DNA of 64,000 nucleotides, from positions 12,432-76,431 of the forward strand of contig CACXPG010000006.1 of the NCBI GenBank assembly GCA_902769525.1, given 5' to 3'. The notes under the pieces were generated by a model, which saw nothing but the letters and a program-made list of their open reading frames with translations, searched no databases and was not told where the DNA came from. The stretch comes from an uncultured Bacteroidia bacterium. Its GTDB lineage: Bacteria > Bacteroidota > Bacteroidia > Bacteroidales > UBA932. The position numbers were made by a program, and so were the translations under genes. This document shows positions 53,291-61,625 of this stretch, piece after piece (position 1 is the first letter of the stretch; each line of letters starts with the position of its first letter).

Positions 53291-55047
53291 AATTGATTGT
53301 TGAAGAATATTACTATAAGTCAGCACTTGCACATGATATTATAAGGGGTTTTAATCATAAAATCCTTAGAGACGGTATTTCAACTGATTGTGTCGGTTAT
53401 TGCTACAGTAGACAACTTAAAGATTGTGTGTTCTTTGTTCCAAAGGTAATTTGCGATGAGAATGATAAGATTCTCGGGAAGTATTCTCCAGAAGAATGTA
53501 TAGACCTTTTGAATAGTCCCATAGATACGGGAGAGAAATCCTTTCTTCAAGAACTTAATGTATGGATATATCGAGCTCTTAAAGAGTACTCATATTTAAA
53601 AGAATCTTCTGACATACTGCAAGAGCAATATTTCTCTCTAGCTGATTCTTCCGGTAAGTTAACTCAAGGCTCATTTCTTGATAAGATACTTGCCCTAGTG
53701 AAGTTTTATGAAGAGAATCGTGATTTCTTCATTTTCACTTTAAAAAACATTCATAGTCAACATCATAGAATTAACTGGAATAAGACGATTTCCCATTCTC
53801 AAGCAATTATTCATGATAATGTTCCGGTTTATCTTGATCCCGTGAGTAAGAAGAAATCAATTGATTGGGATGAAGAATTGATGATTATTTTCTTTTCAAT
53901 TCTTGATTATCTCCAAAAATACGGTTTCGTCATTCGCACAGAGTACAATTATGAATTAATCAAAGGAGAGGCTTTTGAAGCATATATCGATGGTTTAGGT
54001 ACTCGTCGTCTTAGGCAGATTAGGCATCGTTATTTTTCAGATAAAACAAGAAAACTATGGTCGCTATGTTATGCTTTTTTTGATAATGCGGAAACCATAT
54101 TGTCAAGTAAAGAAGAAAAGGAGTTTCTGATAGCCACTAGTTTTCATACTGCTTTTGAGGCAATGGTCGATGAGCTAATAGGTGAGCCAGACCTTGCAGA
54201 AATGAGAAAGCTTGATGATGGTAAAATAATCGACCATATTTATAGAGATACATCTATCCTGTCGAAGGATTTAGTCTATTTTATTGGCGATAGTAAGTAT
54301 TATAAGAAAAGTAACTCAGTTGAAGAAAGGAGTCAATCTGCATACAAACAGTATACATATGCAAGGAATATTGTTCACGATAGTATAAAAAGTTCATTCG
54401 ATAATACATGGCCGTACAGAGATTCCTTGACCGAAGGATATTGCATTACACCCAATTTCTTCATTAGTGCAGAAATTGACACAGATCTTAGGTATAACGT
54501 TGATGGGTTTGAGAAAGAAAAGGATGTTCTTGGGAGACCTTTTTCGTCACGCCAGTTCAATAATCGTTTGTTTGATAGAGATACACTTTGGATCAATCAA
54601 TACAATCTAAACTTCCTCTATCTTCTTTCGGCATATGCATCTGCAGATTTCGGATTGAAAGAGGACTTTAAAGCAAAGGCTCGTCGCTTTTTCAGGGATT
54701 GCACCATTGACTTAATGAATGCAAAGTATGAATTTTGGAAACTTCTGCCAAAGGATGGGAAAAAACTTCAGGATGTGCTTACAAATGAAGTTAAATGGGA
54801 ACTTCGTGGCATGGTCTATAGTTTAGGCCAAGATGCTTTAATTTTAGCAATGGAAAAGCCCGAAGAGCCGGAAAATGAAGGAGATGCATATTATACAAAA
54901 TATGGGCCTATGATTGATTTCGATAGAATTAAGCCGCTTGTTAAGGGTAATTTTAAATATAGTTGCTGCAAACTTTCTAAACAGAAAGAACTCATTGTAG
55001 AAGATGATGAAAACACGTGTTCTAGAGTTTTTTTGTTCGAAAAATAA
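53287..55047 (+). CDS. McrC/LlaJI R2-like restriction endonuclease subunit
   Basis: 4-nt overlap with the GTPase gene. PD-(D/E)xK-like IGDSKYYK (D335 at 54289-54291, K337 at 54295-54297). Size and position match the McrC partner. Confidence 0.7.
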   Translation: MKLIVEEYYYKSALAHDIIRGFNHKILRDGISTDCVGYCYSRQLKDCVFFVPKVICDENDKILGKYSPEECIDLLNSPIDTGEKSFLQELNVWIYRALKEYSYLKESSDILQEQYFSLADSSGKLTQGSFLDKILALVKFYEENRDFFIFTLKNIHSQHHRINWNKTISHSQAIIHDNVPVYLDPVSKKKSIDWDEELMIIFFSILDYLQKYGFVIRTEYNYELIKGEAFEAYIDGLGTRRLRQIRHRYFSDKTRKLWSLCYAFFDNAETILSSKEEKEFLIATSFHTAFEAMVDELIGEPDLAEMRKLDDGKIIDHIYRDTSILSKDLVYFIGDSKYYKKSNSVEERSQSAYKQYTYARNIVHDSIKSSFDNTWPYRDSLTEGYCITPNFFISAEIDTDLRYNVDGFEKEKDVLGRPFSSRQFNNRLFDRDTLWINQYNLNFLYLLSAYASADFGLKEDFKAKARRFFRDCTIDLMNAKYEFWKLLPKDGKKLQDVLTNEVKWELRGMVYSLGQDALILAMEKPEEPENEGDAYYTKYGPMIDFDRIKPLVKGNFKYSCCKLSKQKELIVEDDENTCSRVFLFEK

Positions 55048-55077
55048 TTTTTTCAAAAAGTAGCTTATATTGGAATT

Positions 55078-55461
55078 ATGACAATCGTTGAATGGTCTGC
55101 TATACTATCTCCGATTTTATCAGTCATTATTGCTGTAGTAATGATTCGGTATAATAACAGGGATACCAGAAAGTTGGTTGACAATTTGAGAAAACTGGCT
55201 AGGACTAATGTGGAACTGAATATTCAGCAGTTGGAATTAGACCTCAGACGTGAACAATTGTTATCGGGAGTTCAACATTCAAAGCATAATTATTTCTCTG
55301 ACAGTTATCTCTCCGGGTATCAGAAGACAGTGGCAGACCATATGATGGAACAGTATAAAAGAGTTGAGGAGCCAAAGTTGTTGTCGGAGATGCATCAGGA
55401 ATATCTGGCAATTCAACAGTCTTATTTGGAGAAACTGAAAGAGTTGAAGAAAGGGTTTTGA
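55078..55461 (+). CDS. hypothetical membrane-anchored coiled-coil protein
   Basis: 127 aa with an N-terminal TM helix (ILSPILSVIIAVVMI), then a heptad-like charged region. Confidence 0.5.
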   Translation: MTIVEWSAILSPILSVIIAVVMIRYNNRDTRKLVDNLRKLARTNVELNIQQLELDLRREQLLSGVQHSKHNYFSDSYLSGYQKTVADHMMEQYKRVEEPKLLSEMHQEYLAIQQSYLEKLKELKKGF

Positions 55462-55507
55462 TAAATACTGTATGTATTGGATTATGTTATTGTTAAAATA
55501 AGTCGTT

Positions 55508-56635
55508 ATGAAGAAACTGCTATTTATTTCTTTAATGTTGTGTAGTTCACTTGCATTCTCTCAAAATGCAGTGCATTATGCTTTTGATACAAATGGTCCA
55601 ATGGGAGAGTGCTTGTTCAATCAAGATTCTCGCGGGAATGTTATTTATACTGGAATAGTTGAGATGAACGGAACAGCTGAAGAGATTATTATGGCTGTCT
55701 CAGATTTCATTGAATCTTCTAAGGGTTTGCTCGAATGCGAGGCAAAGCAGAAAGTGAAGACAAAGAAAAATGTTATGTACCAGATCAAGTGTCCGGTTGG
55801 GAAACAGTATTTTAGCATTGAAGTATGGAGTTCACCTGTATTTTCTCGTTTAAGAGATGCAAGTGAAGTTATTTTTGATTGTAATGTCGAGGCGATTGAC
55901 GGCAAGTTCAAATATACGTTGAATAACTTTGTGACCAAGAGAAATATGTTGAAGGGTGAGGCTAAGAATGATGGTTCACCAAACATAATCCATTGGCAGA
56001 GAGTTAATAGCCTAATTAAAGAGAGGCAGAATTACTTGTCTAGACATAATCCTGCAAAGCGCTCTACAAAAGAAGATTTATACGACTATGACACTCAAAT
56101 AGACTTTGAGCAGTCGTTATATAAAATGGAGCATAAGAAGGTTATGCAGTTTGTCGAAGGCTTGATTAATATGAAGGAGCAGAGTTCGGATACTTTTACT
56201 TCGGATTTAGTCCCTGCCGATGATGGCAACGATGGTATAGAGCCACTTAATCTTGATAATTATAAGGGAAATCTTCTTAAGAAAGGCAATTGCGTATATG
56301 TGATGGGAGGGAACCCATATGAATCTGCTGGTGCTTCTGAATTGATCAAGCAAATATCAATTGATAACCTGTGGAAGATTGTCCCGGATCCTAGATTAGC
56401 TCATTTTATCATTGAGTATCGTGTGGATCTTGATGGAAGAGACAAGGCTTATTTAAGAATTAGCAGTAGAGATGGCTCTCGCTTTTTTTCTGGTTTCAAG
56501 CATTCTTCAGACGAGTCAGTTGATGGTAATAGAGGTGTGGCAAGAAGTATGTACTTAAATGAATTGTATCCTCTTATTAAGAAGTTGGAGTCTGGGAAAA
56601 CACCTAAAGAACTTGTTGATTTTGAAATTAGATAA
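55508..56635 (+). CDS. hypothetical secreted protein (N-terminal DUF4468-like region)
   Basis: Signal peptide ending in AFSQ. The family guess is from memory of the YTGIVEMNG..EEI....DFI pattern. Confidence 0.5.
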   Translation: MKKLLFISLMLCSSLAFSQNAVHYAFDTNGPMGECLFNQDSRGNVIYTGIVEMNGTAEEIIMAVSDFIESSKGLLECEAKQKVKTKKNVMYQIKCPVGKQYFSIEVWSSPVFSRLRDASEVIFDCNVEAIDGKFKYTLNNFVTKRNMLKGEAKNDGSPNIIHWQRVNSLIKERQNYLSRHNPAKRSTKEDLYDYDTQIDFEQSLYKMEHKKVMQFVEGLINMKEQSSDTFTSDLVPADDGNDGIEPLNLDNYKGNLLKKGNCVYVMGGNPYESAGASELIKQISIDNLWKIVPDPRLAHFIIEYRVDLDGRDKAYLRISSRDGSRFFSGFKHSSDESVDGNRGVARSMYLNELYPLIKKLESGKTPKELVDFEIR

Positions 56636-56673
56636 CTTTCATAGCCGAGACACAATATGTTCAAATAGCAGAC

Positions 56674-57108
56674 ATGAAACGTATTTACTTGTTTATGGCG
56701 CTGATGGTTGCAGCTGTAGTGGCAACGGCGCAGAAGGCTGAGGCGCAGGCTTCTGCTCAGGCCTCTGTTCAGAGCCAGGTGGCTGGAGTGCAGGTTCCTG
56801 TCGCTGAGGAGGAATATTACATCTATAACTTTGTGTATCTGTCGGGAGATATAAAGAATGAAGGGCTGAAAGCAGATATAGATGACGGAGTGTCAATAGA
56901 GAGAGTGAAGGATGCTGATGGCAAGACAATCAAGTTCAGGACACCGGCTGCGGTGCTGATGTACTTTACGGCTAAGGGATGGGAATGGGTAGCAAATGGA
57001 GACACCCTTTATAGCGGGGGAGATTCAACCAGGTCGTACTGGGTGCTCAGGAAACGGTGCACGAAGGAGGAGATGCTTGCGGCGGCGAAGGCAGGAAGGA
57101 AGAAGTAA
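56674..57108 (+). CDS. hypothetical secreted protein with A/Q-rich linker
   Basis: Signal peptide ending in ATAQ and a low-complexity AEAQASAQASVQSQ stretch. G+C looks higher than in neighbouring genes. Confidence 0.55.
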   Translation: MKRIYLFMALMVAAVVATAQKAEAQASAQASVQSQVAGVQVPVAEEEYYIYNFVYLSGDIKNEGLKADIDDGVSIERVKDADGKTIKFRTPAAVLMYFTAKGWEWVANGDTLYSGGDSTRSYWVLRKRCTKEEMLAAAKAGRKK

Positions 57109-57118
57109 AGCAGGATTT

Positions 57119-57150
57119 GCGGTCGAGGTTGCTCGGCCGCTTTTTGTTTG
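57119..57150 (+). terminator. rho-independent terminator
   Basis: 9-bp stem gcggtcgag/ctcggccgc (one G-T pair), loop gttg, then TTTTTGTTTG. Confidence 0.7.
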
Positions 57151-57280
57151 TGGTGGGATGGTTGCAAAATGTTGCTCATTTCCGTACGATTCTACGATTG
57201 TACAGGGTAAATTTTACCGGATGGTTTGGTTGAAGGGGTGGGGCGAGTGTAGATTTGCGGTAAACTAAATAGTGAGGGTT

Positions 57281-57892
57281 ATGGAAGAGCAATTGAAAGG
57301 AAAAGATGGGAAGCAAGAAGATCTTTCTTCTTGCAGGGTATATAGTAATGTTGAGGAGAGATTAATCGTTCTGAGGGGACAATCTGTCATTTTGGATGCG
57401 GATGTTGCAGAGATTTATGGGGTGGAAACTAAACGAGTCAACGGAGCCGTTAGAAATAATCCCGACAAATTTCCGAGTGATTATTTATGGGTCCTTTCTG
57501 ATGAAGAGATAGATGATTTGCGGACGAAAAATTCGTCCACAAATTTTTCCGTGATGTCTAGGAAACGCCCTAAAGCATTTACAGAGAAAGGTTTATATAT
57601 GCTTGCGACTATTCTGAAAAGTAATAAAGCTAAAGAGGCAACCTTTGCGATAATAGAAACATTTGCTAAGGTACGCCGTCTTAAGCAGGGCTTGTTGGAT
57701 ATTCATAAAGAGGCAGATGCATGCAGGCGCAAAGATAAAATGCAACAGTTCGGCAAAGAATTATCTGACATCGTGATGCCAGATATGGAAACCTCTGAGA
57801 CGGAATCAACTCTGGAACTGAATTTCTTTATTGGGAAGATAAAGCATACTGTTCGAAGAATAAGAAAAAACAAAGAAGGGAAAGGGGAGTAA
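57281..57892 (+). CDS. ORF6N domain protein (KilA-N-related DNA-binding)
   Basis: LRGQSVILDADVAEIYGVETKRVNGAVRNNPDKFPSDYLWVLSDEE matches the ORF6N signature. The ORF-track start at 57272 is GTG; the ATG is at 57281. Confidence 0.8.
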   Translation: MEEQLKGKDGKQEDLSSCRVYSNVEERLIVLRGQSVILDADVAEIYGVETKRVNGAVRNNPDKFPSDYLWVLSDEEIDDLRTKNSSTNFSVMSRKRPKAFTEKGLYMLATILKSNKAKEATFAIIETFAKVRRLKQGLLDIHKEADACRRKDKMQQFGKELSDIVMPDMETSETESTLELNFFIGKIKHTVRRIRKNKEGKGE

Positions 57893-57901
57893 AAAGGGAT
57901 T

Positions 57902-57924
57902 TGCGGTCGAAATTTTCGACCGCA
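57902..57924. terminator. palindromic hairpin between convergent genes
   Basis: tgcggtcgaaa t tttcgaccgca, 23 nt and almost fully self-complementary. Confidence 0.45.
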
Positions 57925-57961
57925 GATAAATAACATTATTCCAATTTCAATAAAGGGGAAA

Positions 57962-58666
57962 TCAGTCAAATAACTTGTTCATGTGGGAGAGCGGGAGTTC
58001 TACGTTGAAATAGAAAGTGTAGGTGTTCTCGGTGTCATCCTCAAGATTGAAGTCCATCTTGTCGCATTGTCCTGAAGGGGTGTTGACAACTGACTGGCCA
58101 AGTATCTGGCCTACGCCAACAAAGCTCAGGAAGATGTATTCGTCTGTGACTCTAATGACATACATAGGAGAGTCTTCTGTGCCTTTGCCGGATTTTGAGA
58201 TATGGAAAAGGATGGTTTGCATTCTCATGGTAACACTTTGAAACAACTCTTTATCCTTGGTCTGGTCAGCGATTATAAAAAGATCATACAAGAGTTCAAG
58301 TGAAACCGGATCGTTTTTCTGGGCTTCCAGGGCTTCTGCCTTGGCTTTTTCAAGTTCTTCCTTCTGAATCAGTTCCCTTATGTTGTCATAGTTGCCGTAA
58401 GGAGCATAGTGGCTGGTAAATGCGTAGCCGTAATATATGATGGCCACTTCTTCAGGGGTGAAAACAGTGGTGGAGTCCATCTTGAGGAAGCGATCTGTGA
58501 GGCTGTCATAGCGCGCACGGTCTTTATTGACAACCTTTTCTATCATTTTCAGGTCTGGAGTATACTTCACAGATTTGGTTTCTGTATCCTGGGCGAAAGC
58601 CTGTCCGGAAGATAAAAGCAGAGCTGATATTGCTATGACTGCGGAGAGAATGAAAGACTTTTTCAT
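57962..58666 (-). CDS. hypothetical secreted protein
   Basis: ATG at 58666 gives MKKSFILSAVIAISALLLSSGQAFAQ. No confident family. Confidence 0.6.
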   Translation of the reverse strand: MKKSFILSAVIAISALLLSSGQAFAQDTETKSVKYTPDLKMIEKVVNKDRARYDSLTDRFLKMDSTTVFTPEEVAIIYYGYAFTSHYAPYGNYDNIRELIQKEELEKAKAEALEAQKNDPVSLELLYDLFIIADQTKDKELFQSVTMRMQTILFHISKSGKGTEDSPMYVIRVTDEYIFLSFVGVGQILGQSVVNTPSGQCDKMDFNLEDDTENTYTFYFNVELPLSHMNKLFD

Positions 58667-58699
58667 AGTATGTTTTTGCGTTTTATGCAAGTTTTGGTG

Positions 58700-59605
58700 T
58701 TAGAGGTTGCGGGCGGTGCGGGCGGCAAGGCGGGCGTTGTTCAGGACAAGCTGGATGTTGGCCTTGAGGCTGTCTCCGCCGGTAAGGTCTTTTACCCTGG
58801 CAAGTAGGAACGGGGTGGTTTCCTTGCCGTGGATGCCTTGCTCTTTGGCTTCTTTGACGGCCTGCTCAATGGCCTGGTTGATGTAGTTGGGATCCATAGA
58901 CCATTCTTCCGGAATAGGGTTGGTAACAAGCATGCCGGAGTGCAGACCCATTTCCTGCTGGGCATTGAAAGCTGCGGCAAGGTCTTCAGGAGTGTCGATC
59001 CTGTAGTCAACCCTGAAGCCGCTGACTCTGGTGTAGAAGGCAGGAAGTTCGTTTGTCTGGTAGCCGATAACCGGCACTCCCTTGGTTTCCAGGTATTCCA
59101 GGGTGAGGCCAAGATCCAGGATAGACTTGGCTCCGGCGCAAACAACCATAACCGGAGTGCGAGAAAGTTCCTCCAGGTCGGCAGAAATGTCCATAGTGGT
59201 TTCAGCTCCGCGATGAACGCCTCCAACTCCGCCGGTGGCAAAGATCTTTATGCCCGCAAGATGGGCAATAATCATAGTGGTGGCAACGGTGGTGGCGCCG
59301 TCTCTTTTCTGTGCCACAAGCACGGGAAGATCTCTTCTTGAAGCCTTGGTTACAGCTGGCCCTTTTTTGCCCAGATACTCGATTTCCTCCTTGGTCAGGC
59401 CGGCCTTGAGTTTGCCGCCGATGACGGCTATGGTAGCAGGAACGGCTCCTTCCTGGCGGATGGCATCTTCTACCATAAGGGCGGTTTCAACATTCTGAGG
59501 ATAAGGCATTCCGTGAGATATGATGGTGGATTCCAGGGCAACAACTGGCTTGCCGAGTTCTATTGCGGATTTGACTTCAGGAGATAATTCCAAGTGCTTG
59601 TTCAT
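58700..59605 (-). CDS. psuG: pseudouridine-5'-phosphate glycosidase
   Basis: ALESTIISHGMPYPQN and TGGVGGVHRG signatures; 301 aa. Confidence 0.95.
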   Translation of the reverse strand: MNKHLELSPEVKSAIELGKPVVALESTIISHGMPYPQNVETALMVEDAIRQEGAVPATIAVIGGKLKAGLTKEEIEYLGKKGPAVTKASRRDLPVLVAQKRDGATTVATTMIIAHLAGIKIFATGGVGGVHRGAETTMDISADLEELSRTPVMVVCAGAKSILDLGLTLEYLETKGVPVIGYQTNELPAFYTRVSGFRVDYRIDTPEDLAAAFNAQQEMGLHSGMLVTNPIPEEWSMDPNYINQAIEQAVKEAKEQGIHGKETTPFLLARVKDLTGGDSLKANIQLVLNNARLAARTARNL

Positions 59606-59631
59606 AATGCTTTTGCTTTGCTGTTGTGTTG

Positions 59632-60483
59632 TTATTCAGATGCAAGGCTCTTGAGTTCAGGATTGACGGCCTCGGAGCTTTCAAGGGTAAGGGCGGCGCA
59701 TCCGAGGCCGAACTGTGCGGCTTCTTCAGTGGTGGCGTTCGGGCCTTTGTGGATTATGCCGGCAAACAGGGCGTCACCGGCGCCGGTCATGTTCTTGATC
59801 TTTTCCTTTGCTATCGGATAGGCGGGGAAGGTTTTTGTTTGGGTTTTCAGGCCGTCTTTGCCAAGGCTGATGAAGTGGCGGCCGTGGTGTTGCAAGCCTC
59901 TGAGAGACTGCTCTTCCAAGCGGTTGTACTTGATGGAGTGAAAGCGTGGATGGCTGGCCATTTCAAAGGCCTGTGCTATGCGCTTAGACTTGGGGCCGGA
60001 AACGGCGTCCAGGTACAAAGGAGCCTTGCAGTTGTCCATCAGCCAGGCTAGTGTTTCTGGCTGAAGGTTAGCCTCGGCCACAACTATGTCGGCTTCATCT
60101 ATCTTCGCTTGCCTTTGGCTGAGCCACTTGGGAGTTATAAGGTTGGTGGTATCCATATCTGCAATGCCGCCAATCATCCTTCCGTCTGAATCGTTGATGG
60201 AGGCAAAGCAAGGGTTGGGAGCGTTTTCTGCAGTCTGGCAGGCGGAGATGTCCATTCCGAGAGTTTTGCAGGACTCTGCGATAGACTTGCCGAAAATGTC
60301 ATCGCCGAAGACAGTTAGGAAAGTAACCTTGTCTGAAAGAAGGCAAAGGTTGTGGGCAATGTTGCGGCCAACTCCGCCAAAGGAAGTGCGCACCCGCCCG
60401 GGGTTGGAATCTTCAGGGCGGAAAGGAGCATCCGAGGTGGCCGTTATGTCCAGGTTGGCTCCGCCTATTACGCAGATTTTCAT
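59632..60483 (-). CDS. psuK: PfkB-family kinase, probable pseudouridine kinase
   Basis: ATG at 60483 gives MKICVIGGANLD. C-terminal TGAGDA. Adjacent to psuG. Confidence 0.8.
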   Translation of the reverse strand: MKICVIGGANLDITATSDAPFRPEDSNPGRVRTSFGGVGRNIAHNLCLLSDKVTFLTVFGDDIFGKSIAESCKTLGMDISACQTAENAPNPCFASINDSDGRMIGGIADMDTTNLITPKWLSQRQAKIDEADIVVAEANLQPETLAWLMDNCKAPLYLDAVSGPKSKRIAQAFEMASHPRFHSIKYNRLEEQSLRGLQHHGRHFISLGKDGLKTQTKTFPAYPIAKEKIKNMTGAGDALFAGIIHKGPNATTEEAAQFGLGCAALTLESSEAVNPELKSLASE

Positions 60484-60484
60484 A

Positions 60485-61276
60485 TTAATAGTCGCCTCCG
60501 TTCTCAAGGGAGAGAGGGCCTTCGTAGTAGAGTTTCCATTTCTGGCCGTTGCTCAGGGAAACGTCTATGTTGGCAACGTAGCCCTTGCCGGTAACCTGCT
60601 CAAGGCTGAAGTATCCGGTTGCGGTAATAGGCAGGGTTTCCCACATCTCATTCCTTATGACAGGATCGTTGTCCCGGCTGAGGTAGATGGTGATGTCGTT
60701 ATCGTTGTTGTTCCTGACAGAGCAGAGGAAGCAGGTGTCGAACTCGTCGAGCGAGGCAAGTGGCTTAGAGACATCTATCTTCTTGCCCAGGTCGCTGTGA
60801 TTGAGCATCATGCGGAAATGCTCCGTGCCGTCCGTGAAGTCCACTTCATAGTATCTGATAACTCCGGGAGAGTCATAGACCTTGTAGCCTGAAGCCTTCT
60901 TGATGGGGTAGGACAGGCTGCCTTTGGTCATTGTCCAGAAGACCTTTACAGATGCGGTGTTCCTGACCGCTCCGCATGTTGCAACAAGGTTGGCGGTTCC
61001 GGCTTTGACACCTGTCACCTTGCCGTTTTCGAAGGTGGCTATGTCTGGCTTGCTGGAGTTGACCTGAAGATCGCCCGTGTTGGTGGCGTTCTGCGGAACG
61101 GTAGTCACTGTAACAGGAAGGCTCTGGCCGACGAAGATTTCCATCTTGTCAGGCTTGAATTCTATACCGGTTACTGGTACTGTTTTCTCGCTTTTGCTGC
61201 AGGAAGCGGCGAGAGCGATTATCGCAGAGAAGGCCAGCAGTCTGATACTTGGCTGCTGCTTGAAGGTTGAGCTCAT
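60485..61276 (-). CDS. Ig-like (Big_2) domain lipoprotein
   Basis: Lipobox LAASC. Big_2-like VTGIEF.P....I.VGQS..L.VTV.P.NATN...W.SS...IATF..GKVTGVKAGTA. Confidence 0.7.
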   Translation of the reverse strand: MSSTFKQQPSIRLLAFSAIIALAASCSKSEKTVPVTGIEFKPDKMEIFVGQSLPVTVTTVPQNATNTGDLQVNSSKPDIATFENGKVTGVKAGTANLVATCGAVRNTASVKVFWTMTKGSLSYPIKKASGYKVYDSPGVIRYYEVDFTDGTEHFRMMLNHSDLGKKIDVSKPLASLDEFDTCFLCSVRNNNDNDITIYLSRDNDPVIRNEMWETLPITATGYFSLEQVTGKGYVANIDVSLSNGQKWKLYYEGPLSLENGGDY

Positions 61277-61318
61277 TTTACTTCGCTTTACAAGTGTTCA
61301 TTTTTTTGCAGTTCCTGT

Positions 61319-61621
61319 TTATCTGATTTCAAACAGGTTAAGGAAGCCAGTCATCATAAACACAGAGCGGATGTCGTCGTTGATGTTCTGGATTATGATC
61401 TTGCCTCCCTTGTCTTCGGCAGCTTTCCTGAGGGTGAGGAAAATCCTGAGGCCGGAACTGGAGATGTAGCTCATTTCCTTGCAGTCCAGGATGATGGTCT
61501 TGTCGGCCTCGTCCAGAAGCGGATTGATGACAGGATTTGCTTCCTGAGCGGCCGGGGTGTCTAACCTGCCTGTGAAGGCTACTATGATCTGGCCTTCTTC
61601 TTTGGTAACTTTGGTTTTCAT
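61319..61621 (-). CDS. STAS-domain anti-sigma-factor antagonist
   Basis: 100 aa with the pattern F.GRLD.....E........IILDC.E..YISSSGLR. Confidence 0.85.
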   Translation of the reverse strand: MKTKVTKEEGQIIVAFTGRLDTPAAQEANPVINPLLDEADKTIILDCKEMSYISSSGLRIFLTLRKAAEDKGGKIIIQNINDDIRSVFMMTGFLNLFEIR

Positions 61622-61625
61622 TCTT

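Larger units (their letters stand above)
44001..57924. other. compositionally mosaic defence/accessory island
   Basis: Contiguous run of ATPase, TA, vsr, NADAR, R-M and ORF6N genes, alternating between AT-rich and backbone-like G+C. No recombinase seen. Confidence 0.6.

Noticed and set aside
56740-56790. A/Q-rich repeat-like DNA
   Set aside because: It is a coding low-complexity linker of the secreted protein at 56674-57108, not an independent repeat element.
60086-60892. 268-aa plus-strand ORF
   Set aside because: It spans the junction of two well-supported minus-strand genes (psuK-like and Big_2 lipoprotein), so it is an antisense artefact.
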